Assembly: GCA_964016885.1 (NCBI GenBank)
Contig: CAXHJY010000751.1
Coordinates: forward strand, 7,858 to 71,857
Direction of reading: 5' to 3'
Length of the DNA stretch: 64,000 bases
From: Eledone cirrhosa
Lineage: Eukaryota
Of the stretch, positions 16,512 through 28,800 are shown in pieces; the first letter of the stretch is position 1, and each line of letters starts with the position of its first letter. The notes below the pieces were generated by a model. The model was not told the DNA's origin and made no database searches. It was given only the letters and a program-made list of their open reading frames with translations. A program made the position numbers and the translations under genes.

Positions 16512-17075
16512 TAGCAGTGGTACCCAGCGTTGCACGGGATAAGGTATTTTGGAACGCGGGTCGCCAATAGTATTAAAAACTGCATGCCTGGACAATATGT
16601 CAAGAAAATAAAAAGAATCGCTGGATAATATTTAAGATTTTCCTCGATGAAGCAGGAAAAATGCAGGCCCTAGGGGATCAAGAAAATGAATTTTTTTATG
16701 TGCATAATATGCCTTGAAATTTCGGGAAAATCGGCTAGACGTAATGCCTCCAAAAAGCCCTAAGAAGCTGAAAAAATGAAGTTTTTCACCTAATGCGGGC
16801 CCTAGGCCATAAGAAAGTTGGATTTTCTTTGCTTACGGTATGAAGAAGAGACTGACTAATACATAGTTACAATTTCAAGTAAATCGGTCTGGCGTAACGC
16901 CTCAAAAAACCCCTAAAAATGTTAAACAACGCAGTTTTTCACCTAATGCGGGCCCTAGGAGATAAAAAAAAAAGTTGAATTTTTTTATGTGCATAACACT
17001 CCCTGAGACATAAGTAATACACATGTAAAGTTTGAAAAAAATCGGTTGGGTACTTCTCGAGTTTTAGGGATTCAC
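16262..17075 (-). mobile_element. Inverted near-identical copy of 7851-8608 (Helitron B 3' part plus downstream flank)
   Basis: Reverse-complement match with few substitutions; only the internal (TA)n length differs markedly. Confidence 0.92.
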
Positions 17076-17080
17076 ACACA

Positions 17081-17119
<39 letters not shown>

Positions 17120-17344
17120 TAAATGCGAAAAGTACAAAAACCACGAAGTTATATAATGGTTTAACACTGTATTAAACATTTGATATCCTCCCTACTGATA
17201 TCGGAATGGGGATAACAATAGCCATAGGCAAGAACGAGTGGCACGTATCAACTTATATTTAGTAGTGTATCCCTTTCACTGACTGGATTAATACATCAGT
17301 CATTTTATCGGACAGGAAATAAATCACTAAACATCTTTGTCGTT

Positions 17345-17665
17345 TAACATCTCAGGAAGAAACCAGACCACAGCTATGGGCTAGAAAGCTAGAGAATGAC
17401 TCCCCTCCTATTGACATGTGACCCCCCCCCTTCTGAAGCCCTCCCTCCTGCCTCAGAAGCACCATGGGTCCAGTGGAAGACACTCAACCGCCTGAGAACA
17501 GGAATGAGGCGATCAAAAGCTGCTATGGCCAGATGGGGCTACAAGACCGGGGCCCAACCATCTGCGAATGTGGAGAGGAGGACCATACGATGCAGCACTG
17601 CCTTGTTTGCCCTGTACTACCCAACCAGTGCAGCTTAAAAGATCTCACAGAATTTAATAATAATT
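17345..17665 (+). mobile_element. 3' fragment of a Vingi/Ingi-like LINE
   Basis: WVQWKTLNRLRTG..MARWG, then frameshift, then CECGEEDHTMQHCLVCP; ends in (TAA)n. Confidence 0.7.
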
Positions 17666-17850
17666 GTTTCTACTATTGGCACAAGGCCACCAATTACCCA
17701 GCACATTACTGGTACTTTATTTTATCGACCCCGTAAGGATGAAAGTCTAATTAACCTCGGCGGGATTAGAGCTCAGAATGGCAAGGGCCGTAATTCTATG
17801 CGTCAAATCATGGCGTCCGACCCTCTATCGATTCTGCCAATTCACCGCCC
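17664..17850 (-). mobile_element. SINE family 1, near full-length
   Basis: Reverse complement of 15205-15390. Confidence 0.85.
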
Positions 17851-18221
17851 TTTAATAATAATGCAAAGGACTGTGTAAAGAAATGGGAAACTGTCATATA
17901 ACCAGATGCTTCGAAGATACGAAAGGAAGAACTACGTTGTAGAACTATCTAAAGCCAGGGACAGTGTTGTATGATGTTTACAAATTCTCACATGATTTGT
18001 CATGAGTGAGAGTGGACTGTGTAGTGGAAAATGCAGACTTGGTATTGTCATTTTCTTAGTGTGGTCAGAGCTGTTGTGGCTGCAGCAGTTCTTGTTGTTG
18101 TGTATGGCTGTGAAAGGGGTTCGGCCCTGCAATGGAAACCACCAGGAACAGGGTAAATGTCAAAGGTGAAGGAAAGCTGTACCAAAGGTCAGAGATATGT
18201 TTTGGTTAAAAACTGAACACT

Positions 18222-19200
18222 TATTCACTCACATACACATACATATACACACACATACACTCACATATACATACACTCACTCACTCACACCCACACATAC
18301 TCACATATACATACACACAAATACACTCACATACACATACACTCACTCACCCCCCACACATACATATACACATACACTCACTCACTCACACCCACACATA
18401 CTCACATATACACATACACACAAATACACTTACATACACTCACTCACACCCACACACAAATACACTCACTCACACCCGCACATACTCACATATACACACA
18501 AATACACTCACCCACACATACACACACATACACTCACTCACACCCACACAAATACACTCACAGACATATACACACACACATACATACACACAAATACACT
18601 CACATACATATACACTCACTCATATACACATCTCATGCACAAATACTGACACACACACGTATATATTTTCACATACATATACATACACACACACATATAC
18701 ACACACACATATACATATATACACACACACATATATATACATATATACACACACACATATATATACATATACACACACACATATATATATATACACTTAC
18801 ATAAACATATGTAGATACATATACACGTACATACATACATACATATACATGTAGTTTGGTAGAGGTCAGGTAGTGGAACCCACTGGTATCACATGACCAA
18901 AGACAGAGAGAGAGAGAGAGAATGAGAGAGAGAGAGAGGAGAGAGAGAGGAGAGAGAGAGGTGAGAGAGAGGTGAGAGAGGGGTGAGAGAGAGGTGAGAG
19001 AGAGGTGAGAGAAGGAGGAGAGAGAGAGGTGAGAGTGAGGTGAGAGAGAGGAGGAGAGAGAGAGGTGAGAGTGAGGTGAGAGAGAGGAGGAGAGAGGAGG
19101 AGAGAGAGAGAGAGAGAGGAGATAGAGATAGAGAGAGAGGAGAGAGAGAGGAGAGAGAGAGGAGAGAGAGAGGAGAGAGAGAGGAGAGAGAGAGAGAGTC
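18222..19200. repeat. Degenerate (CA)n/(CATA)n followed by a GA-rich microsatellite
   Basis: Direct inspection. Confidence 0.9.
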
Positions 19201-19235
19201 ACGCACAGAATTAACTAAACAAATTAAATATTTAT

Positions 19236-20730
19236 TGTGGTGGTGGGGATGGTAGTGTTGGTGTTGGTGGTAGTGGTGGTGGTGGTGGTGGTAGTGGTGG
19301 TGTTGGTGGTAGTGGTGGTGGTGGTGGTGGTAGTGGTGGTGGTGGTGGTGGTAGTGGTGGTGGTGGTGGTGGTAGTGGTGGTGGTGGTGGTGGTAGTGGT
19401 GGTGGTGGTGGTGGTAGTGATGTTGATAGAGGTGGTGGTGGCGGTGGTAGTGTTGGTGGTGGTAGTGTTGGTGGTGGTGGTAGTGGTGGTGGTGGTGGTG
19501 GTAGTGTTGGTGGTGGTAGTAGTGTTGGTGGTGGTAGTGTTGGTGGTGGTGGTAGTGTTGGTGTTGGTAGTAGTGTTGGTGGTGGTAGTGTTGGTGGTGG
19601 TGGTAGTGTTGGTGTTGGTGGTAGTGGTGGTGGTGGTGGTGGTAGTGTTGGTGGTGGTAGTAGTGTTGGTGGTGGTAGTGTTGGTGGTGGTGGTAGTGTT
19701 GGTGGTGGTAGTGTTGGTGGTGGTGGTGGTGGAATTGGTGGTGGTGGTAGTGATGTTGATAGAAGTGGTAGTGGCGGTGGTAGTGTTGGTGGTGGTAGTG
19801 TTGGTGGTGGTGGTGTTGGTGGTATTGGTGGTGGTGGTATTGGTGGTGGTGGTGGTGGTGGTGTTGGTGGTGGAATTGGTGGTGGTGGTGGTGTTGGTGG
19901 TATTGGTGGTGGTGGTATTGGTGGTATTGGTGGTGGTGGTATTGGTGGTGGTGGTGGTGGTGGTGTTGGTGGTGGTGTTGGTGGTGGTGGTGGTGTTGGT
20001 GGTATTGGTGGTGGTGGTATTGGTGGTGGTGGTGGTGGTGGTGTTGGTGGTGGAATTGGTGGTGGTGGTGGTGTTGGTGGTGGAATTGGTGGTGGTGGTG
20101 GTGTTGGTGGTGGAATTGGTGGTGGTGGTGGTGTTGGTGGTGGAATTGGTGGTGGTGGTGGTGTTGGTGGTGGTGGTAGTGTTGGTGGTGGAATTGGTGG
20201 TGGTGGTGGTGTTGGTGGTGGAATTGGTGGTGGTGGTGGTGTTGGTGATGGTGGTAGTGTTGGTGGTGGAATTGGTGGTGGTGGTGGTGTTGGTGGTGGA
20301 ATTGGTGGTGGTGTTGGTGGTGGAATTAGTGGTGGTGGTGGTGTTGGTGGTGGAATTGGTGGTGGTGGTGGTATTGGTGGTGGTGGTAGTGTTGGTGGTG
20401 GAATTGGTGGTGGTGGTGGTGTTGGTGGTGGAATTGGTGGTGGTGGTGGTATTGGTGGTGGAATTGGTGGTGGTGGTGGAATTGGTGGTGGTGGTGGTGT
20501 TGGTGGTGGAATTGGTGGTGGTGGTGGTGTTGGTGGTGGAATTAGTGGTGGTGGTGGTGTTGGTGATGGAATTGGTGTTGGTGGTGGAATTGGTGGTGGT
20601 GGTATTGTTGGTGGTGGAATTGGTGGTGGTGGTGGTGTTGGTGGTGGAATTAGTGGTGGTGGTGGTGTTGGTGGTGGAATTGGTGGTGGTGGTGGTATTG
20701 GTGGTGGTGGTAGTGTTGGTGGTGGAATTG
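19236..20730. repeat. (GGT)n-derived minisatellite with a ~30-bp GGAATTGGTGG..GTT unit
   Basis: GGT/GTT/AGT triplets; poly-V and poly-T ORFs. Confidence 0.93.
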
Positions 20731-20804
20731 ACTAGAGAGGCTTGTATGTACAGGTTGACATACATATGTACACTAATCTACACAGAAATATATTCTTTGG
20801 TTAA

Positions 20805-20977
<173 letters not shown>

Positions 20978-21375
20978 GCATCTTCTATATATATATATCA
21001 TATGCGAAAAGTACAAAGGCCATGAAGTTATATAGTGGTTTAACCCTGTAGAAATATCTAATAACCATCTAATACTGATTGCAATCAGAATGGTAATGAA
21101 GATGGCCATACACAAAAACGAATCCCACATGTTAACCTATATCTAGTAGTGCATCTCTTTCACTATCCGCCGGATCAATATATTCGTCATTTTATCAGTC
21201 AGGAGCATGAAGCTACAGCAACAAATTATTTTATAGTTTTCTGTGAAGGGAGGGATAGATAAAACGTGTTTACACTTCACACTTCATTCATTTCACAGTG
21301 AAGAAGGCGCTTAATTTTAAAAACTAGCAAACAAATAAAGATGGTAATTTTAGATGCCTTAAGTTTACCTAGCAT

Positions 21376-21560
21376 TGGATTAGCAGTATCGGTAGAGAGT
21401 CAGCCGCCATGCTTTGCAGCATAGAGTTATGGCCATTTACGTTCTGAGTCCAACTCCCACCGAGGTAACTTTGCCTTTCAACCGTACGGATTCGATAATA
21501 TAAAGTACCAGTAATGCACTGGGGGTAATTGCTGGCCTTGTACCAAAAGTAGAAACAATT
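21376..21560 (+). mobile_element. SINE family 1 (diverged)
   Basis: Head and core match the 15205 copy. Confidence 0.82.
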
Positions 21561-21818
21561 ATATTATGTGAAGAAGGAGCCACTGTCCTCACGTTTCCGT
21601 CCCCAGGTGTCGCTCAATTCCATCCCACTCCCTATTATTTCTTCCGGTTCTCTGCGATCTGAGTTCAACTTTACGCCATCCATTATACAATTGTTCCAGT
21701 TATCGGCGGCCATTTGTAATTTATGAATTAAGAAACTGTGTTCTTTCTCCAGGATTCCAAGTTCCGTCACACATTGGTCTAGGTGGGTTGATATACCTAT
21801 GTATATACATACATATAT

Positions 21819-22450
21819 CATGGCTGCCTCTTCGTTATCGAGTATGGCTATTGCACGATATAACATTATTGATAATTATCAATTAATTCTATCATGAAAT
21901 GCCTGTGCGTGAAGATTTTTTTTGTGAGTGAAGAAAAACTGTGCACTGAGCCAATCCCACTCTCTGAGAGACAGTAGCTATAATCCAAAAAGAAGAAAAG
22001 ATCAACATAATCGGTAACTACTGAGCCGTAGGTTTTATGTCGGAGTTATCCCAGTTTTCTGAGTTGCTTTCTCCTAGAATAATGCCCTGACAAAGGCTAG
22101 GGTCCTTCACTCCCAGTGGTTTAACCGCGCGATCGGGTATCCAGCCCGATTCTTTCTATTTCCCCGCGCATATACATACACATGTATACATGTATATACT
22201 TATATAAATATACACATATATACACATGCATACATATATATACATATTTACACATTTTTGGGTGGCCGTTGACTCTTATGAGTTCTTCCGCCCCTTTGTC
22301 AGGTTTTTTTTTGTCCTGCAGGGTGTCCAAAATCACCCTCCTCACCAAGTAAACTTGGTGGGGTTGCCGGTTTAGACACCAACGACCCGAATATGCTACA
22401 GGTTGTACTGGGTTACATGTTACCAGTAGCACTCAAGAGTGACCCGACAT
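21819..22450 (-). mobile_element. Non-autonomous bipartite RTE-derived element
   Basis: 3' end CGTGCAATAGCCATACTCGATAACGAAGAGGCAGCCAT is nearly identical to the RTE tail at 24579-24617; non-coding body shared with 48994-49539. Confidence 0.82.
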
Positions 22451-22522
22451 GTATATATATATACATACATATATGTTGATGTATTGTATGTATGTATGTA
22501 TGTATGTATATATGCATGCATG

Positions 22523-22558
<36 letters not shown>

Positions 22559-22564
22559 TGCATG

Positions 22565-22601
<37 letters not shown>

Positions 22602-22603
22602 GC

Positions 22604-22673
<70 letters not shown>

Positions 22674-22778
22674 GCATGTATATATATATATATGTATATA
22701 TGCATGTATATATGCATGTATATATATGCATGTATATATGTATGTATATATGTATGTATATATGTATGTATGTATGTA

Positions 22779-24488
22779 CACAAGGTTTGGATCTGTATCA
22801 GGTTTTTGTCGATCTGACAAAAGCTTTCGATACTGTCAACAGAGATGCATTATGGAAGGTTCTCCAGAAACTTGGTTGCCCTGATAAGTTCCTTGCTTTA
22901 GTTAGGTCTTTCCATGACGACATGAAGGCTTGGGTTAATGTCGGAGGTAACATGTCGGAGCCTATCTCAGTAAAAAATGGAGTGAAACAGGGGGATATTC
23001 CAACACCGACCCTGTTTGCCATATACTTTGCAATGGTTTTCTGTATTGCATTCAGGAATTGCGAGCATGGTGTTTACTTCCGATATCGAACCTCAGGTAG
23101 CATATTTAACATCAGGCGCTTTGCTGCGAAGACAAAAGTATTTACATCAATCATAAGAGACCTCTTGTATGCAGATTATTGCGATCTTGTAGCGCACACA
23201 GAGAGTGATATGCAGCACATTTTGAATGTATTTTCTGACGCTTGCACAGCCCTAGGATTGCACTGTCCCTGGTAAGCAGTACACTGAACCAAACATCTAT
23301 GTGTATGGTAACCGACTTGGAGTGGTTGATCAGTTTGTCTACCTGGGACGCACTGTCAATCGATACAACAACCTTGACAGTGAGATCTCACTTAGGATTA
23401 GGAAAGCAAGTGATGCTTTCGGAAAGCTAGAAAGGCGACTCTGGGGTCGGCGAGACATATGAAGGAGGACACAGGTAAAGGTGTACAAGGCATGTGTGCT
23501 CTCTTGTCTTCTTTATGCCTGCGAGACCTGGGTCACATATCGACACCACCTTAAGCAATTGGAGCGTTTCCATCAGATGTGTCTCAGACGGATCCATGGC
23601 GTTCACTGGAGGGACCACATCAGTGATGTCGAGATTTTGGAAAGCTCTATGTGTGACAGTATAGAAGCTCTTGTGCTTAAGCAACGATTCCTTTGGAGTG
23701 GTCACCTTGCCAGGATGAAGGATTCTAGAATACCAAAACAACTCTTTTATGGAGAGTTGGGTAAAGGAAAACGACCACCACATAAACCAAAAAAGAGGTA
23801 TAAGGATTCCTTGAAAGCCTCTCTGAAAGACGCTAACATCTCTGCTGATACATGGGAAAATATTGCTGCTGATCGTAATAAATGGAGAAAGACTATATAT
23901 GAGGGAAAAGTTGCCTTTGAGACATCTCGAATCGCATACGAGAAAGTAAAGCGGGATGTGAGGAAGGGCATTGCTGTTGCACTTCCAGACGGCGAGGGTC
24001 CTCCTATGGTGCTGACATGCAGCGTATGTGCGAGACTCTGCCTAAGGAAAGCTGGACTCGAAAGTCATCTTCGCAGTCATAAAGTAAGACTAGTGGTTGA
24101 CTACCAGGCTGCTGTTGGAGATGCTACTCATCATGCTTGCCAAACATGTGGTAGAGAATGTAAATCAGCAGGAGGGCTCAAGCGACATGCAAAAGTACAC
24201 GAACTCCAACCATAGCAGGCTATTCCCAGTGAATGTTTTGGTTGCCGACTCTGTGCAAGACATTGTAGATCATTGGCTGGGCTAAAAAGCCACATTCGAT
24301 CGCAGCACTGTTAGTTGCTATCGTGTGTGTGTGTATAGATATGTTTATGTGTGCGCGTGTGTGTGTATATATATATATGTATATGTATATTATTATTGTT
24401 GTTGTTGTCGTTATTATTATTGTTGTTATTATTATTATTAATGTATATGTGTGTATGTATATATATATATGTGTGTATATATGTATAT

Positions 24489-24520
<32 letters not shown>

Positions 24521-24617
24521 TTCTTTTTTTTTTATTTTATTTTCTTTTTTATTTATTTATTAATTTTTTTTTTCTCCTCGTGCAATGGCCATACTCGATA
24601 ACGAGGGGGCAGCCATC
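22779..24617 (+). mobile_element. RTE-clade LINE, 5'-truncated and defective, with three C-terminal C2H2 fingers
   Basis: [39 protein letters not shown]; internal deletion at ~23260; stops at 23460 and 24213; 3'UTR expanded by microsatellites. Confidence 0.92.
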
Positions 24618-25019
24618 ATATATGTATGTATATATGTGTGTATATATGTGTGTGTATATATGTGTGTATGTATATGTGTGTATATATGTATGTATATATG
24701 TATGCGTGTATGCATATATATACGTATGTATATCAGTACGATGCATATTAAAATCTGTGTACGTATGTATATATGTAGATGTCTGTGTGTATGTATGAGT
24801 ATATATAAGTGTGTGTGTATGTATGTAAGTGTGTGTATGTCAATAAAACAGTCAACAGCTCCGTCAACAGAGGTCGTTAGTGCTCCATTAACCAAAACAA
24901 TCTAAACAAGGTCAAAGGTTAAACTATATCCTCCTCCATTTCACCCTGACCCTTATAACTTGCTACCATGTTGACCTTTTATACAGAGTTGAGGGGCCGA
25001 AATAAGGGAGGGTTTACTG

Positions 25020-25850
25020 GCGGTGTTGGTGGCGGTGATGGTGGTGGTGGTGATGGTGGTGGTGGTGGTGATGGTGGTGGTGGTGGTGGTGGTGGTGGTG
25101 ATGGTGGTGGTGGTGGTGGTGATGGTGGTGGTGGTGGTGGTGGTGATGGTGGTGGTGATGGTGGTGGTAGTGATGATGGTGGTGGTAGTGATGGTGGTGG
25201 TGGTGGTGATGGTGGTGGTGGTGATGGTGGTGGTGGTGATGGTGATGGTGGTAATGGTGGTGGTGGTGGTGGTGTTGTGGTTGGTAGCGGTGGTGGTGGC
25301 AGAAGTGGAGGCGGTGAGGGTGGCAGTGTTGGTCTTGTGGTTGGTGGCGGTTTTGGTGACAGAAGTGGTGGCGGTGTGGTGGTGGTGGTGTTTTGGTTGG
25401 TGGCGGTGTTGGTGACAGAGGTGGTGGGGGTGATGGCAGTGGTGGTCTTGTGGTTGGTGGTGGAGATGGTGGCAGAGGTGGTGGTAGTGATGGTGGCAGT
25501 GGTGGTGGGGGTGATGGCAGTGGTGGTCTTGTGGTTGGTGGTGGAGATGGTGGCAGAGATGGTGGTAGTGATGGTGGCAGTGGTGGTGGTGTTGTGGTTG
25601 GGGGTGGGGTTGGTGACAGAGGTGGAGGCGGGTGGAGGTATTGGTGACAGAGGGGGTGGCGGTGTTGTCGTTTTGCTGCTGCAGTCTGTGGTGGTGGTGG
25701 TGCCGATGGTGGGGGTGATGTTAATGGGCCTGGTGCGGGTGGCGGTAGAGGTGGTAGTGCTAGTGGTGGGGTGATGGTAGTTATTTGATTGCAGGTAATG
25801 TTTGTGGTGGTGATGATGATCGGGATGATGGTGATAAGGATAGTGGAGAT
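25020..25850. repeat. GGT/GAT low-complexity lead-in to the large minisatellite
   Basis: Direct inspection. Confidence 0.85.
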
Positions 25851-25854
25851 AGCG

Positions 25855-28800
25855 GTGGTGGAGGTGATGGTAGTTGTGTGTGTGGTGGAGGTGATGGTAG
25901 TTGTGTGTGTGGTGGAGGTGATGGTAGTTGTGTCTGTGGTGGAGGTGATGGTAGTTGTGTCTGTGGTGGAGGTGATGGTAGTTGTGTCTGTGGTGGAGGT
26001 GATGGTAGTTGTGTCTGTGGTGGAGGTGATGGTAGTTGTGTCTGTGGTGGAGGTGATGGTAGTTGTGTCTGTGGTGGAGGTGATGGTAGTTGTGTCTGTG
26101 GTGGTGGAGGTGATGGTAGTTGTGGCTGTGGTGGAGGTGATGGCAGTTGTGTCTGTGGTGGTGGTGATGGCAGTTGTGTGTGTGGTGGAGGTGATGGTAG
26201 TTGTGTCTGTGGTGGTGGAGGTGATGGTAGTTGTGTCTGTGGTGGTGGTGATGGTAGTTGTGTCTGTGGTGGAGGTGATGGTAGTTGTGTCTGTGGTGGT
26301 GGAGGTGATGGTAGTTGTGGCTGTGGTGGAGGTGATGGCAGTTGTGTCTGTGGTGGTGGAGGTGATGGTAGTTGTGGCTGTGGTGGAGGTGATGGCAGTT
26401 GTGTCTGTGGTGGTGGTGATGGTAGTTGTGTCTGTGGTGGAGGTGATGGTAGTTGTGTCTGTGGTGGTGGAGGTGATGGTAGTTGTGGCTGTGGTGGAGG
26501 TGATGGCAGTTGTGTCTGTGGTGGAGGTGATGGTAGTTGTGTCTGTGGTGGTGGTGATGGTAGTTGTGTATGTGGTGGAGGTGATGGTAGTTGTGTCTGT
26601 GGTGGTGGAGGTGATGGTAGTTGTGTCTGTGGTGGTGGTGATGGTAGTTGTGTCTGTGGTGGAGGTGATGGTAGTTGTGTCTGTGGTGGTGGAGGTGATG
26701 GTAGTTGTGGCTGTGGTGGAGGTGATGGCAGTTGTGTCTGTGGTGGAGGTGATGGTAGTTGTGTCTGTGGTGGAGGTGATGGTAGTTGTGTCTGTGGTGG
26801 AGGTGGTGGTAGTTGTGTCTGTGGTGGAGGTGATGGTAGTTATGTCTGTGGTGGAGGTGATGGTAGTTGTGTCTGTGGTGGAGGTGATGGTAGTTGTGTC
26901 TGTGGTGGTGGAGGTGATGGTAGTTGTGGCTGTGGTGGAAGTGATGGTAGTTGTGTCTGTGGTGGAGGTGATGGCAGTTGTGTCTGTGGTGATGGAGGTG
27001 ATGGTAGTTGTGTCTGTGGTGGAGGTGATGGTAGTTGTGTCTGTGGTGGTGGAGGTGATGGTAGTTGTGTCTGTGGTGGAGGTGATGGCAGTTGTGTCTG
27101 TGGTGATGGAGGTGATGGTAGTTGTGTCTGTGGTGGAGGTGATGGTAGTTGTGTCTGTGGTGGAGGTGATGGTAGTTGTGTCTGTGGTGGTGGTGATGGT
27201 AGTTGTGTCTGTGGTGGAAGTGATGGTAGTTGTGTCTGTGGTGGAGGTGATGGTAGTTGTGTCTGTGGTGGAGGTGATGGTAGTTGTGTCTGTGGTGGTG
27301 GAGGTGATGGTAGTTGTGTCTGTGGTGGAAGTGATGGTAGTTGTGCCTGTGGTGGAGGTGATGGTAGTTGTGTCTGTGGTGGAGGTGATGGTAGTTGTGT
27401 CTGTGGTGGAGGTGATGGTAGTTGTGTCTGTGGTGGTGGAGGTGATGGTAGTTGTGTCTGTGGTGGTGGAGGTGATGGTAGTTGTGTCTGTGGTGGTGGT
27501 GATGGCAGTTGTGTCTGTGGTGGAGGTGATGGTAGTTGTGTCTGTGGTGGAGGTGATGGTAGTTGTGTCTGTGGTGGAGGTGATGGTAGTTGTGTCTGTG
27601 GTGGAGGTGATGGTAGTTGTGTCTGTGGTGGTGGAGGTGATGGTAGTTGTGTCTGTGGTGGTGGTGATGGCAGTTGTGTCTGTGGTGGTGGTGATGGTAG
27701 TTGTGTCTGTGGTGGAGGTGATGGTAGTTGTGTCTGTGGTGGAGGTGATGGTAGTTGTGTCTGTGGTGGAGGTGATGGTAGTTGTGTCTGTGGTGGTGGA
27801 GGTGATGGTAGTTGTGTCTGTGGTGGTGGTGATGGCAGTTGTGTCTGTGGTGGAGGTGATGGTAGTTGTGTCTGTGGTGGAGGTGATGGTAGTTGTGTCT
27901 GTGGTGGAGGTGATGGTAGTTGTGTCTGTGGTGGAGGTGATGGCAGTTGTGTCTGTGGTGGAGGTGATGGTAGTTGTGTCTGTGGTGGTGGAGGTGATGG
28001 TAGTTGTGTCTGTGGTGGTGGTGATGGTAGTTGTGTCTGTGGTGGAGGTGATGGTAGTTGTGTCTGTGGTGGTGGAGGTGATGGTAGTTGTGTCTGTGGT
28101 GGAGGTGATGGTAGTTGTGTCTGTGGTGGAGGTGATGGTAGTTGTGTCTGTGGTGGTGGAGGTGATGGTAGTTGTGTCTGTGGTGGAGGTGATGGTAGTT
28201 GTGTCTGTGGTGGAGGTGATGGTAGTTGTGTCTGTGGTGGTGGAGGTGATGGTAGTTGTGTCTGTGGTGGAGGTGATGGTAGTTGTGTCTGTGGTGGAGG
28301 TGATGGTAGTTGTGTCTGTGGTGGAGGTGATGGTAGTTGTGTCTGTGGTGGAGGTGATGGTAGTTGTGTCTGTGGTGGAGGTGATGGTAGTTGTGTCTGT
28401 GGTGGTGGTGATGGTAGTTGTGTCTGTGGTGGTGGAGGTGATGGTAGTTGTGTCTGTGGTGGAGGTGATGGCAGTTGTGTCTGTGGTGGAGGTGATGGTA
28501 GTTGTGTCTGTGGTGGAGGTGATGGTAGTTGTGTCTGTGGTGGTGGAGGTGATGGTAGTTGTGTCTGTGGTGGAGGTGATGGCAGTTGTGTCTGTGGTGG
28601 AGGTGATGGCAGTTGTGTCTGTGGTGGAGGTGATGGTAGTTGTGTCTGTGGTGGAGGTGATGGTAGTTGTGTCTGTGGTGGTGGAGGTGATGGTAGTTGT
28701 GTCTGTGGTGGAGGTGATGGCAGTTGTGTCTGTGGTGGAGGTGATGGTAGTTGTGTCTGTGGTGGAGGTGATGGTAGTTGTGTCTGTGGTGGTGGTGATG

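Noticed and set aside
19224-20765. Thr/Asn-rich mucin-like ORF on the minus strand
   Set aside because: Lies in a segment absent from the paralogous duplicate unit; pure triplet expansion
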